Source: Eledone cirrhosa
Lineage: Eukaryota
Direction of reading: 5' to 3'
Assembly (NCBI GenBank): GCA_964016885.1
Contig: OZ024743.1
Location: forward strand, 154,690,001 to 154,754,000
DNA: 64,000 nucleotides
Shown: positions 51,054 through 64,000 of the stretch, piece after piece
How the letters are laid out: every line of letters begins with the position of its first letter
Numbering within the stretch: position 1 is the first letter of the stretch
Program-made: the position numbers and the translations under genes
Notes under the pieces: generated by a model
Seen by the model: the letters and a program-made list of their open reading frames with translations, nothing else
What the model was told of the DNA's origin: nothing
Database searches by the model: none

Positions 51054-51557
51054 CTAGCAGAAAATAACCGGTGGGCGGTTTTCTGCTAGCAAATCTAGTG
51101 TATATACTGATATTGTTGAGATTTAGATGAGAAATGTTTAAGGCACGACATGTTCACCGTCTCTCGGTGTGTCTTTTATGCATGTATAAATATATGTGTT
51201 ATCTATACGGTGAAATCTTTGAAATAAATATATGTTAAAACGAAAAAGAGATTAGTGACGGAAATATAAACGTTATGATACATAAACGTTATGATATAAC
51301 GATGGAAATATATAAACGTTTACGATAAAACGATGGAAATAGAAACGTTTATATATAATGATAAGCCGAAACACTCGTAAGCCGAAACACTCGTAAGTCG
51401 AAACACTCGTAAAGCGAAACGTATAAATAAAGATTAATGTAATGAATTTGAGAAACATAGAGATTTGAAACCGCTTCTATTTGTTTCCTTGGCATTTTTT
51501 ACAGACGGACACACAGACAAACAAACAGAGAAATGCCCATTATATATTATAATTAGA
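51054..51557 (-). mobile_element. Probable small non-autonomous Helitron
   Basis: CTAG plus hairpin CTAGCAGAAAA..TTTTCTGCTAG at the left, TCTAATTATAATATATAA-type 5' end at the right, internal 16-bp repeat TAAGCCGAAACACTCG x3 near 51362-51410. Confidence 0.55.
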
Positions 51558-51831
51558 CTTGGCATGGTGTCAAGTCAGAAACGCCTCGAACTGGTTACTT
51601 CTGGCTTTTGCAAGGTGTCTCTATAGCAACCAGCGATTCCCTCGGCCTCAGTGACCAAGTCAGTGGAGAGGGGAAGGTAATGTTTCTATAGCGACAGTGT
51701 TTCTCATGGTAGTACCAAAGTGGAGAAAGGAAGGGGAAGGTAATATTTCTGTAGCACCTACATTTGAGTTTTAGGGAAGGACAGACATACAGACAGACAA
51801 ACAGAGATATGCCCATATATTGCTGTGTTTG

Positions 51832-51899
<68 letters not shown>

Positions 51900-52172
51900 C
51901 ACACACAGAATGTATATATATTTCTGTGTATATATATATATATATATATATTACACACACAGAAATGTATTGATATTTCTGTGTGTATATATATATATAT
52001 TTGTGTGTGTATATATATATATATTACACACACAGAAATGTATATATATTTCTTAGAACAAAATTATTATTAATGTTTTGCTGTTCATAACAATTGGAAT
52101 TGAAAAAATACTTTTGAAAATATTAGTTATTTTACTAATGCTTAGATATGTAAAAATGATGCAATGTTTCTA

Positions 52173-52353
52173 ATAATTGTTTCTACTTTTAGCACAAGGC
52201 CAGCAATTACTCAGTACATTACTGGCACTTTATTTTATCGACCCCGTGAGGATGAAAGGCAAAGTTAACCTCGGCGGTATTTGAACTCAGACCGTAAAGG
52301 GACGTAACTCCATGTTTTGAAGCATGGTGTCCGACTCTCTACAGATTCTGCCA
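52173..52353 (-). mobile_element. tRNA-derived SINE
   Basis: Colinear with the other copies. Confidence 0.88.
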
Positions 52354-52592
52354 ATCCACCGCCCTAATGTCTGTACGTAATGAGGGAGTGAGAGGGGAGA
52401 GAAAGAAATTCAGAGGTGAAGTGACGAAGTGACTCTCTCCTCCTCCTCCTCCTCCCCCATCTCCCCATTCGTCACAGCGGAATGTTAGTGTGTCAAAAAG
52501 AAGAAGAGTGAGAACAAGAGAAACAGACAAACTAAAAGAGAGGGATAGCTGGAGAGAGAGAGATAGCAACAGATACAGTACAGTAGCTAAGG

Positions 52593-52629
<37 letters not shown>

Positions 52630-53556
52630 CACACACATAAATGTATATATATTTCTGTGTGTGTATATATATATATTTCTGTGTGTATATATATATATAT
52701 TACACACACACAGAAATGTATATATGTTTATGTAGCACTCCTCAATTCCCCCTCTCTCCCTCTTGTAGTCTGTCTCTTTCTTTCACTCTCACTCTCTCAC
52801 TCTCTCTCTACGCGTGCGCAAAAAAACATTCGCACGCGCGCACGTGTTTCCACTGTCGGACAGACAGACAGATAAATTGCTGGTTATATATTATAAGGAG
52901 ATTACCGGTTTAGATGTATTATTAAAATTCATATCATCAAATGTTGAGTGTTACAATTAAAAAGAATAAATAGGAATTAAAAACTAAAAATTAAAGATTT
53001 AAAATTAAGTGTTGGAGTAAGTTTTGTTTCCATCTACCTTGCTCAGAAGTGGACTGGAGAATGAATTATTGTGTATAGAGAGACAGGTGTGTAGGCATGA
53101 TAGTTGCAGTAGTGTTGGCAGTTGTGTTTCTTCACAGAACAAAATTTTCATTTGGGACGAAGGAAATATTCTGTACATATGTGTATGTATATCTGATTGT
53201 GTTAATTGACAGGTCAAGAGTTCAAATGGTAATGGGGAACTGTAAGCTTGAAGTACATTCTATGGCAGCAGTTGGGTTGTAAAAGAAATTATATTATTGG
53301 AATATGGTTTTAGGGAGTGCGTGTAGTGTGAGGGTGTATATATAACAATACATACATGTGGTGTGTGTGTGGGTGTGTGTGTGGGTGTGTGTGTGTGTAC
53401 GTGTGTGTGTGTTTCAGCCTGTCTGTCAGAGTTTACTTTCTGGTGGAATATTTTAAAAGTTTTTCTTCAAATTTTAAAGAATCTCAAAACTTAAAAAATG
53501 TAAATACATACACATACACACATATATATATATATAAAAATAGAGATCTACATATA

Positions 53557-53735
53557 ATAACTGTTTCTACATTTGGCTCAAGGTCAGCAATTACACAGTG
53601 CATTACTGGTACTTTATTTTATCGACCCCGTAAGGATGAAAGGCAAAGTTAAACTCGATTGTATTTGAACTCAGATCGTAAAGGGACGTAAATATGCTAG
53701 AAAGCATGGCATCGGACCCTCTACTGATACTGCCA
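53557..53735 (-). mobile_element. tRNA-derived SINE
   Basis: Colinear with the other copies. Confidence 0.88.
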
Positions 53736-53744
53736 TGAATGCTT

Positions 53745-54185
53745 GTTCATTTCAGAATATTGAATCCCCCATCAACATTTCTCGCTAATTACCCAATTGT
53801 TGAGATGTCAGTGTCTCTTATGACCGGCCCCCGAGTTGCATTGATCATGCCAATTACAGTCTCTGGTCATACCGCTTTGAGAACAAGAAATATTTCCACA
53901 GACATGACAAATATAATCATATGGCCTCAGCGGCAAAAGGTTACCATAGTTAACCAGTGTTGCACCAACCACATGCGATCTTTGGTGATTAACGATACCG
54001 ACTCTAGAAAGAGGTATGTTTTCTCACGTATTATATTTAAATTTTGAATTGAACTTATCTGAAATTTCTCTATTTACTTCCTTTCGTAAGTATCTTTGAG
54101 CTCTGCATGGTTGTTGCGTTTTGATTCAAACTTTTCGAAAACATTTTTTAACTAGGCTCCGCCAACCTCTTCTTGGCCTGCAGTT
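53745..54185 (-). mobile_element. RTE LINE 3' fragment with C2H2 fingers
   Basis: Minus strand reads WRSLVKK..FESKRNNHAELK..RK, SRVGIVNHQRSH and YICHVCGNISCSQSGMTR..WH. Confidence 0.65.
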
Positions 54186-54469
54186 CAAAATATAGGTATA
54201 CATATATATAGTCTATCGAATTATTTCATTACACACCTGTGACATCTATATCTTTAACCGTGGGTCAATCAAGGATAAACTCTGATTGCCAGCTAAATTA
54301 ACTATGTGGATAGATTTAAAATACACAGAAGCGAAGATTAATCCAAGCCAAACAGTGAGATTAATTTATTAAATATTTCTGGAAATATTATAATAATATG
54401 ACCCTCCCCAGATATAACAATATTTGTCTCACCACAGTATTTCATATAAAAAAAATGCAAAACCAATAT

Positions 54470-54486
54470 ACATATACGTGTATATA

Positions 54487-54571
<85 letters not shown>
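54470..54571. repeat. (TA)n microsatellite
   Basis: Direct reading. Confidence 0.95.
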
Positions 54572-54573
<2 letters not shown>

Positions 54574-55835
54574 AGGGTGAGTAACGCCGAGTTACTGTTC
54601 ACCCGGGTGAGCCCTCAATATTAAGTTTCACGTTTGAATCGAGGTGTAGAGCTAATCAGAGAGTAGTATAATAAAATAAAACATGGACGAATGTTTACTC
54701 CTTCAATGACCCGTAGGACCTCTTTGGCTGTAATAATAGAATTACCACTTAGAAGGTCCTTCGAGACATTGATTACAGAGTCGGGCTGCATCCATACAGA
54801 TTGAACCTTGAGATGATACGCGCGTTGCCAACCAATCTAAAGGGAGGAGTGCGGACTGCGTACGGTTTATAATGTGTTTATCCCATAAGAAAAATATGTT
54901 GGATTACTTTGCATAAATAATGAATATTACATAATTTATCTACTAAATTTCGTGGCTATTGATTAAATGTATTTTGTTTATTTAAAGATTCACTTCTTTA
55001 ACATTCTGAAATGTCAACACTTCCGGTTGACGATCGTTTAAATAAACATACTAATTTTCTGTCACTAATTTTCTCCTAATACTGTTTATATATAATATCG
55101 TCTTTTTTAATGTATCATGGATAACGTTACTAATTACATAAGACAGTGTAACGCAGACTTCGTTCGATTTCTATGTATTATATATTATCAATTACGATTT
55201 TATTTGATGTATCATATCTACATGTATATATACTTGCGTATAATATCAATATACACACTACATATGCTAGCAGAAAACCACCCGAGGGGTGGTTATCCTG
55301 CTAGTAGACGTAATGAAGGAGTAACCACTCGTCATGGTTTTATATTATATATATGTATATCTATATATATATATATATACAGTTCAAGAGTAACCAATCT
55401 TAAACAGAGAGATGGAGATAGGAGAGGAGATAGGAGAAGAGAAGAGATATTAGTGAATTAGTTAGAAGCCAAGGCGTAAATGCATGTGCTCAATGTGCAA
55501 TATGGAGAGGAAGGCAGCCAGGTGGCTGGGTTCATGCAGAGATTAGGTGCACAGAGCTGGAAATATTCATTAGTTAAGCAAAACAAGACCACAGATTTCA
55601 CGCGGAAGTCATTATTAAAAGATTGTCAACATTATTTTAGTTTAATGTAAGGAATGTAGAGAATAATAATAATAATGCCCATCAAATACACCACGCCGCT
55701 ACAAGAATACTTACTCTAGTAACATACCTCCCCCATCTAATCCTTCTAGCAAGCACCAAGCGAATAGTTTAAACAACCCTATTCTCACATAACCACAGAG
55801 GTAACTGCAACTGCCGTTACACTAATGCATGCCCA

Positions 55836-56203
<368 letters not shown>

Positions 56204-56907
56204 GGGGTAACAAATAATAGTTAAATGCAGTCCACCTAGGTAAAGTCCAGTTATGGTATTCCAGGTAGTGGATGATATTAACGCTTGGCTTGGTTTGACT
56301 CAACAAGGCGTTTTCATAGTGATGCTGCGGGTATGCCGTAATTCCTATGTTGTAAACACTTGGAGTAATAATAAATCAGGAAAGAAGGTTGACATGGTTT
56401 GCTATACAAAAAAGGTTTAATCACATAGCTCAGATTTGTTTCACTGAGCTGGCAGGTCTAGAGATCGCTATTCGCTTATTTTCGCGTTACTCGATCGCCA
56501 ATACAAAATTATAACCAGTCAGATCTTCGGAGCATGCGAGAATGAAGAAAATACACAGGCAAGAAAAGAATAGAATATACAGGCTACTATATGAAGTAGT
56601 AATGGCATTCAATTAGAACAATAACAACAATAACAATAATGCTATCAATAAATTATTTAAGGAGACCCTGACATTACTTAGGTGGGAGGTATATAATGTA
56701 TCTAACGTTACGGCGTGTAAAACTAGCTGTCATGAGGCAAAAGAAAGCGTATGGCATGTACAGAGTATCGAAGTGTATATCAATTTTAAATTTTAAAGAT
56801 AAGCTACTGTTTACAGTCTTACTCTTCATCATCAATAGTATACATGAGTGGGACAAATAGATGTTGAGTTAATACAGAGGTTAACGAAGTAATATACGCA
56901 TATATTT

Positions 56908-56984
<77 letters not shown>

Positions 56985-57849
56985 TGCATGTGTACATACA
57001 CATCAATATACACTCGTACAAAAATATACATACATGCAAAGAGATAAGCGTGCTAATTGTAATTATGGCAAAAAGAAGCTAATGAACGGAAAAAACGAAG
57101 ATAGTACGTAATTATGTGGAGCGTTGAGAAAAATTACGCGCAATGACAAAAGCACGTTTATGGAATAACTGAACTCGTAGACTAAAATTGTGTTTAGGAA
57201 ACCGAATTATTCTCGGCTTCTGAATTAAGAATAATGTAAATAAATTACAGACGTTATTAAAATCAACAATAATTAAATATATACATGCACGCATCCATAT
57301 ACATACATACACATAAATACGCCAAAACACACGCAATGGGTATGCAAAAACAGGCACGTACGCGAAAAACACGCGCACACATACACAAACCCACGCAACA
57401 CCTGTACCCGCACACCTACGAACTTATCCACCAAATACACATAAAACATACATTAATAAAATGTATGTGTGTGTGTGTGTGCGTATACATATTATTATAT
57501 AAACGTATATAAATATACACACATAAATACGTAATAACGCGCGCATACACATATCTACATGTAAAAACACATGTTCGCTAAACTACGTCAACGAAAACAC
57601 AAAGTACACATATACACACACCCTACATACGTGAAAACCGGCATGCACACATAAACGCAAAACTCACGTATACACACAATCATATACACATGTACCAGTA
57701 TATATAATACAACATATACGCCTATAACACATGCAAGCAAATATACGTACGAGAAAGTATTCTGACCTTCACAAAACTTACAGGTGATGTATAATTACCT
57801 ATACAAATAAGTAATTTTATAAACATAAAATATACTTAGCTACTACATC

Positions 57850-60300
57850 AAGACGTACATTATCCGCGTATAGTCCGTACTATTCGTTAGAGGATAATAC
57901 AGGAAAGTTTTGTGCAATTTATGTTTAAAAGCCGAAAATTCTTTGTTTGAGATGGGGTCATTGTTGTAGAGTATTTCCAGAGTTTCAGTGGCGCAGAGGT
58001 CACAAGGACTTTATTTCCGTTATACGATCTAGCCCTAGCTAGGATCTCCCAGTGTAACCTACAGTGGATGTCGTTGTCTTTTAGACTCCAGATATAAGCT
58101 GAAAGTGACATCATATTCTTTCTTAGAGGGTTAAGAAAAGAATGGGTATGCATGTAAAGACGCTGCTTGAATCTATTGGCGCATAACACTATGTAGGCCC
58201 TAGGGGACGTGGGTATTACAACCTTACATTTGTAAATATTGTTACTAGAGAGGCATTTCCCGGATAGGGGGCAGTCAACACGATTCCTACAATTACAGTC
58301 AGTACTAGCTACAAGGTGGCACGTGTTCCTACGGCTAGGTAACTTAGCTAAATTTGAAGCAGTGGTGTTATGTGCAAGGTTAGGAGTCGTAGAGTAAGAC
58401 ATGTTAATGGTATTTCTATTTAAAAATGTATTATATTTATGTGCCGGGGTGAAATGCTTCGTAATAAGGGAGAGAAAGAATTTAGCTAATGGTGTGGTCA
58501 CCTCCATATTATATGGTTGGTTATATCATATAATGCGCCGGGATCTATTTTCCTCTATCTATGCTCGTACTCGGTATGTGCTACCTTATCGACAAATCCA
58601 CTCCGAGCAAGAGCTTTATTGTAATATGTGATTGGTGAAAATATGCTCGTTTGTAGTGAGATGGGAAAGCCTCAAAGAAACTTTTCTTACCAGGGTCTTG
58701 GTTATGCTGGCAGGATGGTTAGAATGCTTACTTACGTAATTAAGCATATCATTTGGCTTTCTATACTGGTAATGCAAGCCATTCGACAAAGCGATAGTAA
58801 TATCGAGTTAAATAACGACCGAGAGGTTGACCTCAACCTTTATGGAGATGTTGAATCCTTTAGAAAAGACTGTGAGTTTTGTTTTGAACCTGTCGCAAGC
58901 GCGTGGGCCGCACCTTGTCATGGTCAAAATACCGTCATCACGGTACAAACCACCGCCCACGTTGGGGATTCTTCCTTGATAGAGAAAAGAAGGAAAAGGC
59001 CGATAAGATCAGTAACCTCGCAGAATCGCTGGCGCCCATACTCACGTCGAATGGGGTACTATTAGATTTTTTGATCCAAATAGAGTCGTCTAAATAATCA
59101 TCAACTTACGGGTATTGAGGATGACATCAACCCCGAAATCCTTAACCACCGTGAGCGTTTTAGCGAAATTGATAGCTCTAAGAAGAAGTGGTAAAGTGAT
59201 GAAGGAGTAGTAATTATTGATGCCGAATTGGATAAAGCGGCAATGTTCCTTGTTACATATGCCGTTGAACCAATCAATCACCGCGAAAGAATTGTACCAC
59301 AGTGCAAGAGGGGCCAAGCTTCTTATTTCAGGTATAATTCTAACAAGAATCCTTTTACTAAGTCTACACAAATCGAACTTCGTAGGGTTAATAAGCCGAA
59401 TAGAGGGGTTCTTCGGGAAATTGCATTTGTGATCCTTCAGGGTAGGTGGGGAGAAACAGGGTCCAGAGGTTCAGTCCGGTCCATGATGTTGAAATCAGAG
59501 GTGATATTAAACCCAGCATCGTTGATGTCATTATTGACACTCCGATTAATTTTGCGGTAATCCTTAGTTACAGCATTATGTAGCAGTTGATGGTAGGTAC
59601 TGCGCTCCACTTGATATACATTCCCCATTTTGTCGGAGTGGACGGGCAAAGTATTGGATTCCATAATAGAACGAAATCTATTCTTCAGCTCCTGCTGGAA
59701 GGATTGGGTCCTATTCCGAAATGTGTTACTCCTAATGAGTTCCAAGACATCATTTTCGCAGGGTAGCAATGATGGATTACTCGGAGGGTTATTACAGGTA
59801 TTACACCCAAATTTATCCTGTGTGTTGTCCGCTTTTCCCTGATTATCGAAATAAATTGCACGCCAACGCAACCTTTTAAGGAACGAGTCTGTTTTCTTCA
59901 AAAGGAGTTTTAGGTATTTCTTCCTGCTTTGTACCGGTATGTTCTTTGTAGAAATATTCAGATGTTGTTTCTGCGTGATGAATGTAAATCAATAGGGTAC
60001 TCAACTGAGGGGGCCACTTTTTCCGTTCATTGCCAGGGAATGTCTCCACGAACAACCTAATAGAATATTACTCTACGACTACATTTATGCCATACACGTT
60101 GGTTTGTCTTTGCATGTAATTGTTCACACGCTTCAAATAATGACGTATTATCTTTGTTTGTTTTCGTTCGTTGCCAGGGAACGTCTCCACGAACCAAAGT
60201 ATCGTCTTCCTGTCTTCCTTCGGTTGCAACGTTTTTCGAAATATTTACTTCTGCATTTACAGGTTGATCTTTTTAGCTTCAGAAGATAGCGTCAAGGGTT
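57850..60300 (-). mobile_element. Near full-length decayed Penelope-like element (RT plus C-terminal GIY-YIG)
   Basis: STKNIPVQS..FLKRLRWRA, FDVSMGASDSA, GLYRDDG (58931-58950), YRKPND..SNHP, CNCRNRVDCPLSGKCL..IYKC..FKQRLYMHTHSF..LSAYIWSLKD. Frameshifted, ends approximate. Confidence 0.92.
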
Positions 60301-60339
60301 AAATCAGCGATTATTTGCTTAATCTTTAATCTATTATTT

Positions 60340-60357
60340 TAATAAATAAATAAATAA

Positions 60358-60418
<61 letters not shown>

Positions 60419-60545
60419 CGTACATACATACATATATATATCTATATATATATATATATATAGATATATATCTATATATATATATATAAATATATAGATA
60501 TGCCTCTATGTATATGTGTATATGGGTGTATGTGTTTATATACAT
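60340..60545. repeat. (TAAA)n/(TA)n microsatellite
   Basis: Direct reading. Confidence 0.9.
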
Positions 60546-61660
60546 ATTTATGTAATCGTCTGCAACTTCCTAAGTTGATCCATTTTCAACCTATTATTAA
60601 TTTCTCCCATCACACGCTGCTAGGGTATATGAATTTCATTTCTCTGATTATATATGTTTATCTGACAGGGAAATGTAACAAAATATAAGTCTTGAGACAA
60701 TTATATTGTAAACAGATATATCGTTATCGACATTAGTCTTATTACCATTGTCATTCCGAAACCTTATGATTAATATGTCATCGTAAACCGCACAATTCCA
60801 CATACTTCCTCCATTCCCTCCTCCTTCAGCTACTGGTTTCCATTTTTCTTACTTACCTCTTTATCAGCAACATAGTTTTATTTAAATTATTTTGTCATCA
60901 TTGCTAATGAGTATATTGTTAAGTAATAACAACAGCCTTAATTGCAAACATAAATTACATTTTATCACAAACAAAGTAGATGAAAATATGTTGCTGATAT
61001 TAAAGATAAACATGGAGAATGCTGGAGATATATAGGGTAAAATATGCTAGCAATTCTGCAGGAGTGTTTTACAGAAAATTGTTTTTCTAAAGTCGCAATA
61101 TATTTCATGATATTTAAATCTAAATAACGGATTAATTGCTTTAAAATATTCGCAGAACGGCCATCGGATTAAATGATTCGCTGTATTTGTTAGGACGCTA
61201 TTATGACCCTACATGAAATAGCAACTAGATAATTTTGTGTTTAATTCACACTGGCTATACAAATAAATAATCGGACCAGATCGGTGAACTGCCGGGATTG
61301 GTAGAACTTTGGATGTGATGACTTGCTACACCACATTCCCCCATTACTGGCACCTAGTTGTATCAGCCCTAAGGGAGATAGTAATTTGTTCGTTCCAGAT
61401 GGAGGCTGTACCACATATTCTGCCTCCGACAACTTCGCTCATAAATGCCGGTATTTCCAAACGTAACACAGAGGAGTAGGAGATTTGAGAGTGTTGCATG
61501 CCGCTGAGGTGGGAAACCCATGAAAATGGTGTAGCTGGGGTCACTGAATAATCTCATCAGCAATACGTTTGTCATAGTGCTAAAAGTGTGCAAAAAAGAT
61601 ATACCACAATATTAGGGTATAGATGCTGCTGCTCTCTACTCCATCCCGAGTGTTTCATTT

Positions 61661-61689
<29 letters not shown>

Positions 61690-61691
<2 letters not shown>

Positions 61692-62960
61692 TTCCGAGCG
61701 TTAGACGAGTGCTTCCCGCCGTCGAACAGATACCACAAGATATTCAACCGCCACACGGTGAGGTTTTCCTTCTCCACAGCATCTAACATGGCCGACAACA
61801 TGGCCAAAATCAACGCGGTGAAGATGGGAACCTCGACCGCCTACCGCGGCGGCAGAATGAACGTCTATCGGAGCACGGAGGTCCCCTCGCAGACCAGTCT
61901 TCCAACCAAAACACAGACACCGCGGCTGCCGCCAGGCTAGCGGTTTTTCATGCAATCCAACACCGGTCGGGAATGAGTGGCGGAGGAGAAACCACCGTGT
62001 CGGCGAAAACACTCTGAGAATCGGGAGAGGGCCCTAGAAGATCAAGGGACAGGCGTCCGAAATGAACAACATAACGACAGAACGTGCAACTGCAGAGCGG
62101 GCACGCAGTACCCCCTGCAGGAAAGATGCCTGACGAAGGGCCTGGTATATAAATGTGTGGTTAGCACATATAATATAACGCGCACCTACATCGGCGCAAC
62201 ATCCATGACCTTTAAATCGCGGATGTATAACCACACGACCTCTTTCAAGGATCAGAGTAAGATGCACTCTACTTGGCTGGCGGACCTGTTGTGTGACTTG
62301 AAGTACAAAGGCACTCCATATGCCCTTGACTGGAGTATCGTTCGGCACGCGAATACATACTCGGCTGGAAAATGAAAGTGTAGGCTATGCCTATACGAGG
62401 CCATGGAGATAGTCAGACTGAAGGATAATGCGGTCAACCTGAAATCGGAATTAATCATGACGTGCAGACACCAGAGGTGCACACTCTCAGCATATTATCC
62501 ACCGGCAAGCCCAGGTTAAAAGCATGCGGCGGAGCGTGCGCCGACCAGAGCGGCGAAACTGGTTCAAGGAATCACACACCAAACCCTGATGACTATATAT
62601 GCCCCGTGGGGTTTACCGAAATAACCCGGGATGCATACCCGCCTCTACACGTCACCCATGGCAAGAACATCGCCTGAGACGGCACATATTCACCTGGATT
62701 CTACTGACTTTCAGTCAAATGCATTACACCTATAGGACAATATACCTCAACCACAGTGACATATACAGTATAGCCGAAAAGCGCACCGCATGCATGAGTA
62801 TATTTTCAATAGCGAGTCCATACTCTCCACGTATTCCATCTTGTAACATATATTATATTTTCTGAATATCTCATGCTTCTCCTGTGTACTATCTCATACG
62901 CATACACGTTCCTCATTCTTCTTTTTTATATATCTCTTTAACGTTATATCTATAATTTTA
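61690..62960 (+). mobile_element. 5'-truncated Penelope-like element
   Basis: FPPSNRYHKIFNRHTVRFSFST, CNCRAGTQYPLQERCL..LVYKC..YIGAT..FKSRMYNHTTSF, CRLCLYE. CTGATGA...GAAA at 62586-62621 in the 3' UTR. Confidence 0.9.
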
Positions 62961-62965
62961 ATATA

Positions 62966-63154
62966 TTGCATATTTATTATTTATATATGTGTATATACGT
63001 ATGTGCATATATAGATGTATATATATATGTAGATATATGTGTGTGTGTATATGTATGTGTATGGTTAATTTGTTTATATATGTGCATGCTTATAACAAGA
63101 TGCATAATTTCATGTATGACCCATCTTTATATGACTTTATGTATATGTCCTATT

Positions 63155-63211
<57 letters not shown>

Positions 63212-63332
63212 ATGTATCTCTGTAGGCATGCTTGGGCCTGTATGTGAATATGGGCATATTTGTAAGAGTGTATATGAGGAAGTGTGTGTGTGTGTACAAA
63301 CACCCAATGTAGCGAAAGGGCTTGTTAGTGTG

Positions 63333-63369
<37 letters not shown>

Positions 63370-63377
63370 ATAGGTGT

Positions 63378-63425
<48 letters not shown>

Positions 63426-63620
63426 CTTTGTGAGCGAGTCTGTATATGTGCCTGTATATGGGCATGTAGGCAGGCCTCTGTGTCTGCGTATGTCTAATTA
63501 TGTTTGTTATATGTTCTCCTTAAATGTGTGTGTATAGCGGGAGTCTATGAGTACGGATATTGTTATCTATGTGATTGTGTGTGTGTGTATATGTGTGTGT
63601 GTGAGTGCGCGCGTGAACGT
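62966..63620. repeat. Degenerate (TA)/(TG) simple repeat region
   Basis: Direct reading. Confidence 0.85.
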
Positions 63621-64000
63621 GTGAACTACCAAAGCCAGCAGTAGTTCATTGAAGTGTTGCAGCAAAGGACAGCTGATGGTCAGTCGAATTGAGACTTGTT
63701 GGTCAGATTAACGATGACGTAGAAAAGCAGCAGCCAATAACAGGACGCGCGAAAATGATATTTTTGAGGCTAACGCACCAGTGAGAGAATTTGCACCAAA
63801 ATCATTAGACGTGTCCGTCGAACCTGCAAATCAAGAATCACACAGAACCACAAAATGATCGTGTCTTTAGCTCTCCGCCGGCGAAACAATTGTAACACAA
63901 TAAATTGAGGTCAGATGCATCACCGATTTTTCGTATTATATGTATATATATATTATTATTATATATATAGGGAGAGAAAAGCAGAGAAAGAAAGATAATA

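Noticed and set aside
51362-51420. Short tandem repeats as a CRISPR-like array
   Set aside because: Contiguous 16-bp units with no spacers in eukaryotic TE context.
54612-54664. Minus-strand CTGATTA...GAAACTTAATA motif and nearby hairpins (54575-54604, 54703-54772)
   Set aside because: Stems I and III do not close, so no call is supportable.
55450-55760. Possible very old GIY-YIG remnants here and at 53030-53290 (minus)
   Set aside because: Motifs are only suggestive across several frameshifts.
62373-62375. In-frame TGA in the PLE endonuclease as selenocysteine (as reported for some Naiad PLEs)
   Set aside because: It is not at a conserved Cys position, is best explained by CGA-to-TGA decay, and the endonuclease is C-terminal.

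Overview
AT-rich, repeat-saturated eukaryotic DNA with no recognisable intact host gene. The SINE family resembles octopod cephalopod SINEs (recognition from memory, not a database hit). The window is a nested pile of decayed mobile elements: RTE LINEs, four same-orientation L1/Tx1-type LINEs, two R4/Dong-like RLE LINE fragments, a GC-rich CRE-like fragment, three Penelope-like elements (PLEs) with C-terminal GIY-YIG, several Helitrons, about nine tRNA-derived SINE copies and long (TA)n/(CA)n tracts. The most striking unannotated signal is a set of unrelated non-coding 0.2-0.6 kb repeat units, mostly embedded in (TA)n, that occur as tandem or tail-out inverted copies and carry type I hammerhead ribozyme motifs. 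Some are minimal with a palindromic stem III, and two carry a compensatory U3:A8 core. This suggests a retrozyme-like / PLE pseudo-LTR system. All folds were read by eye and none was tested. Many element boundaries are approximate.
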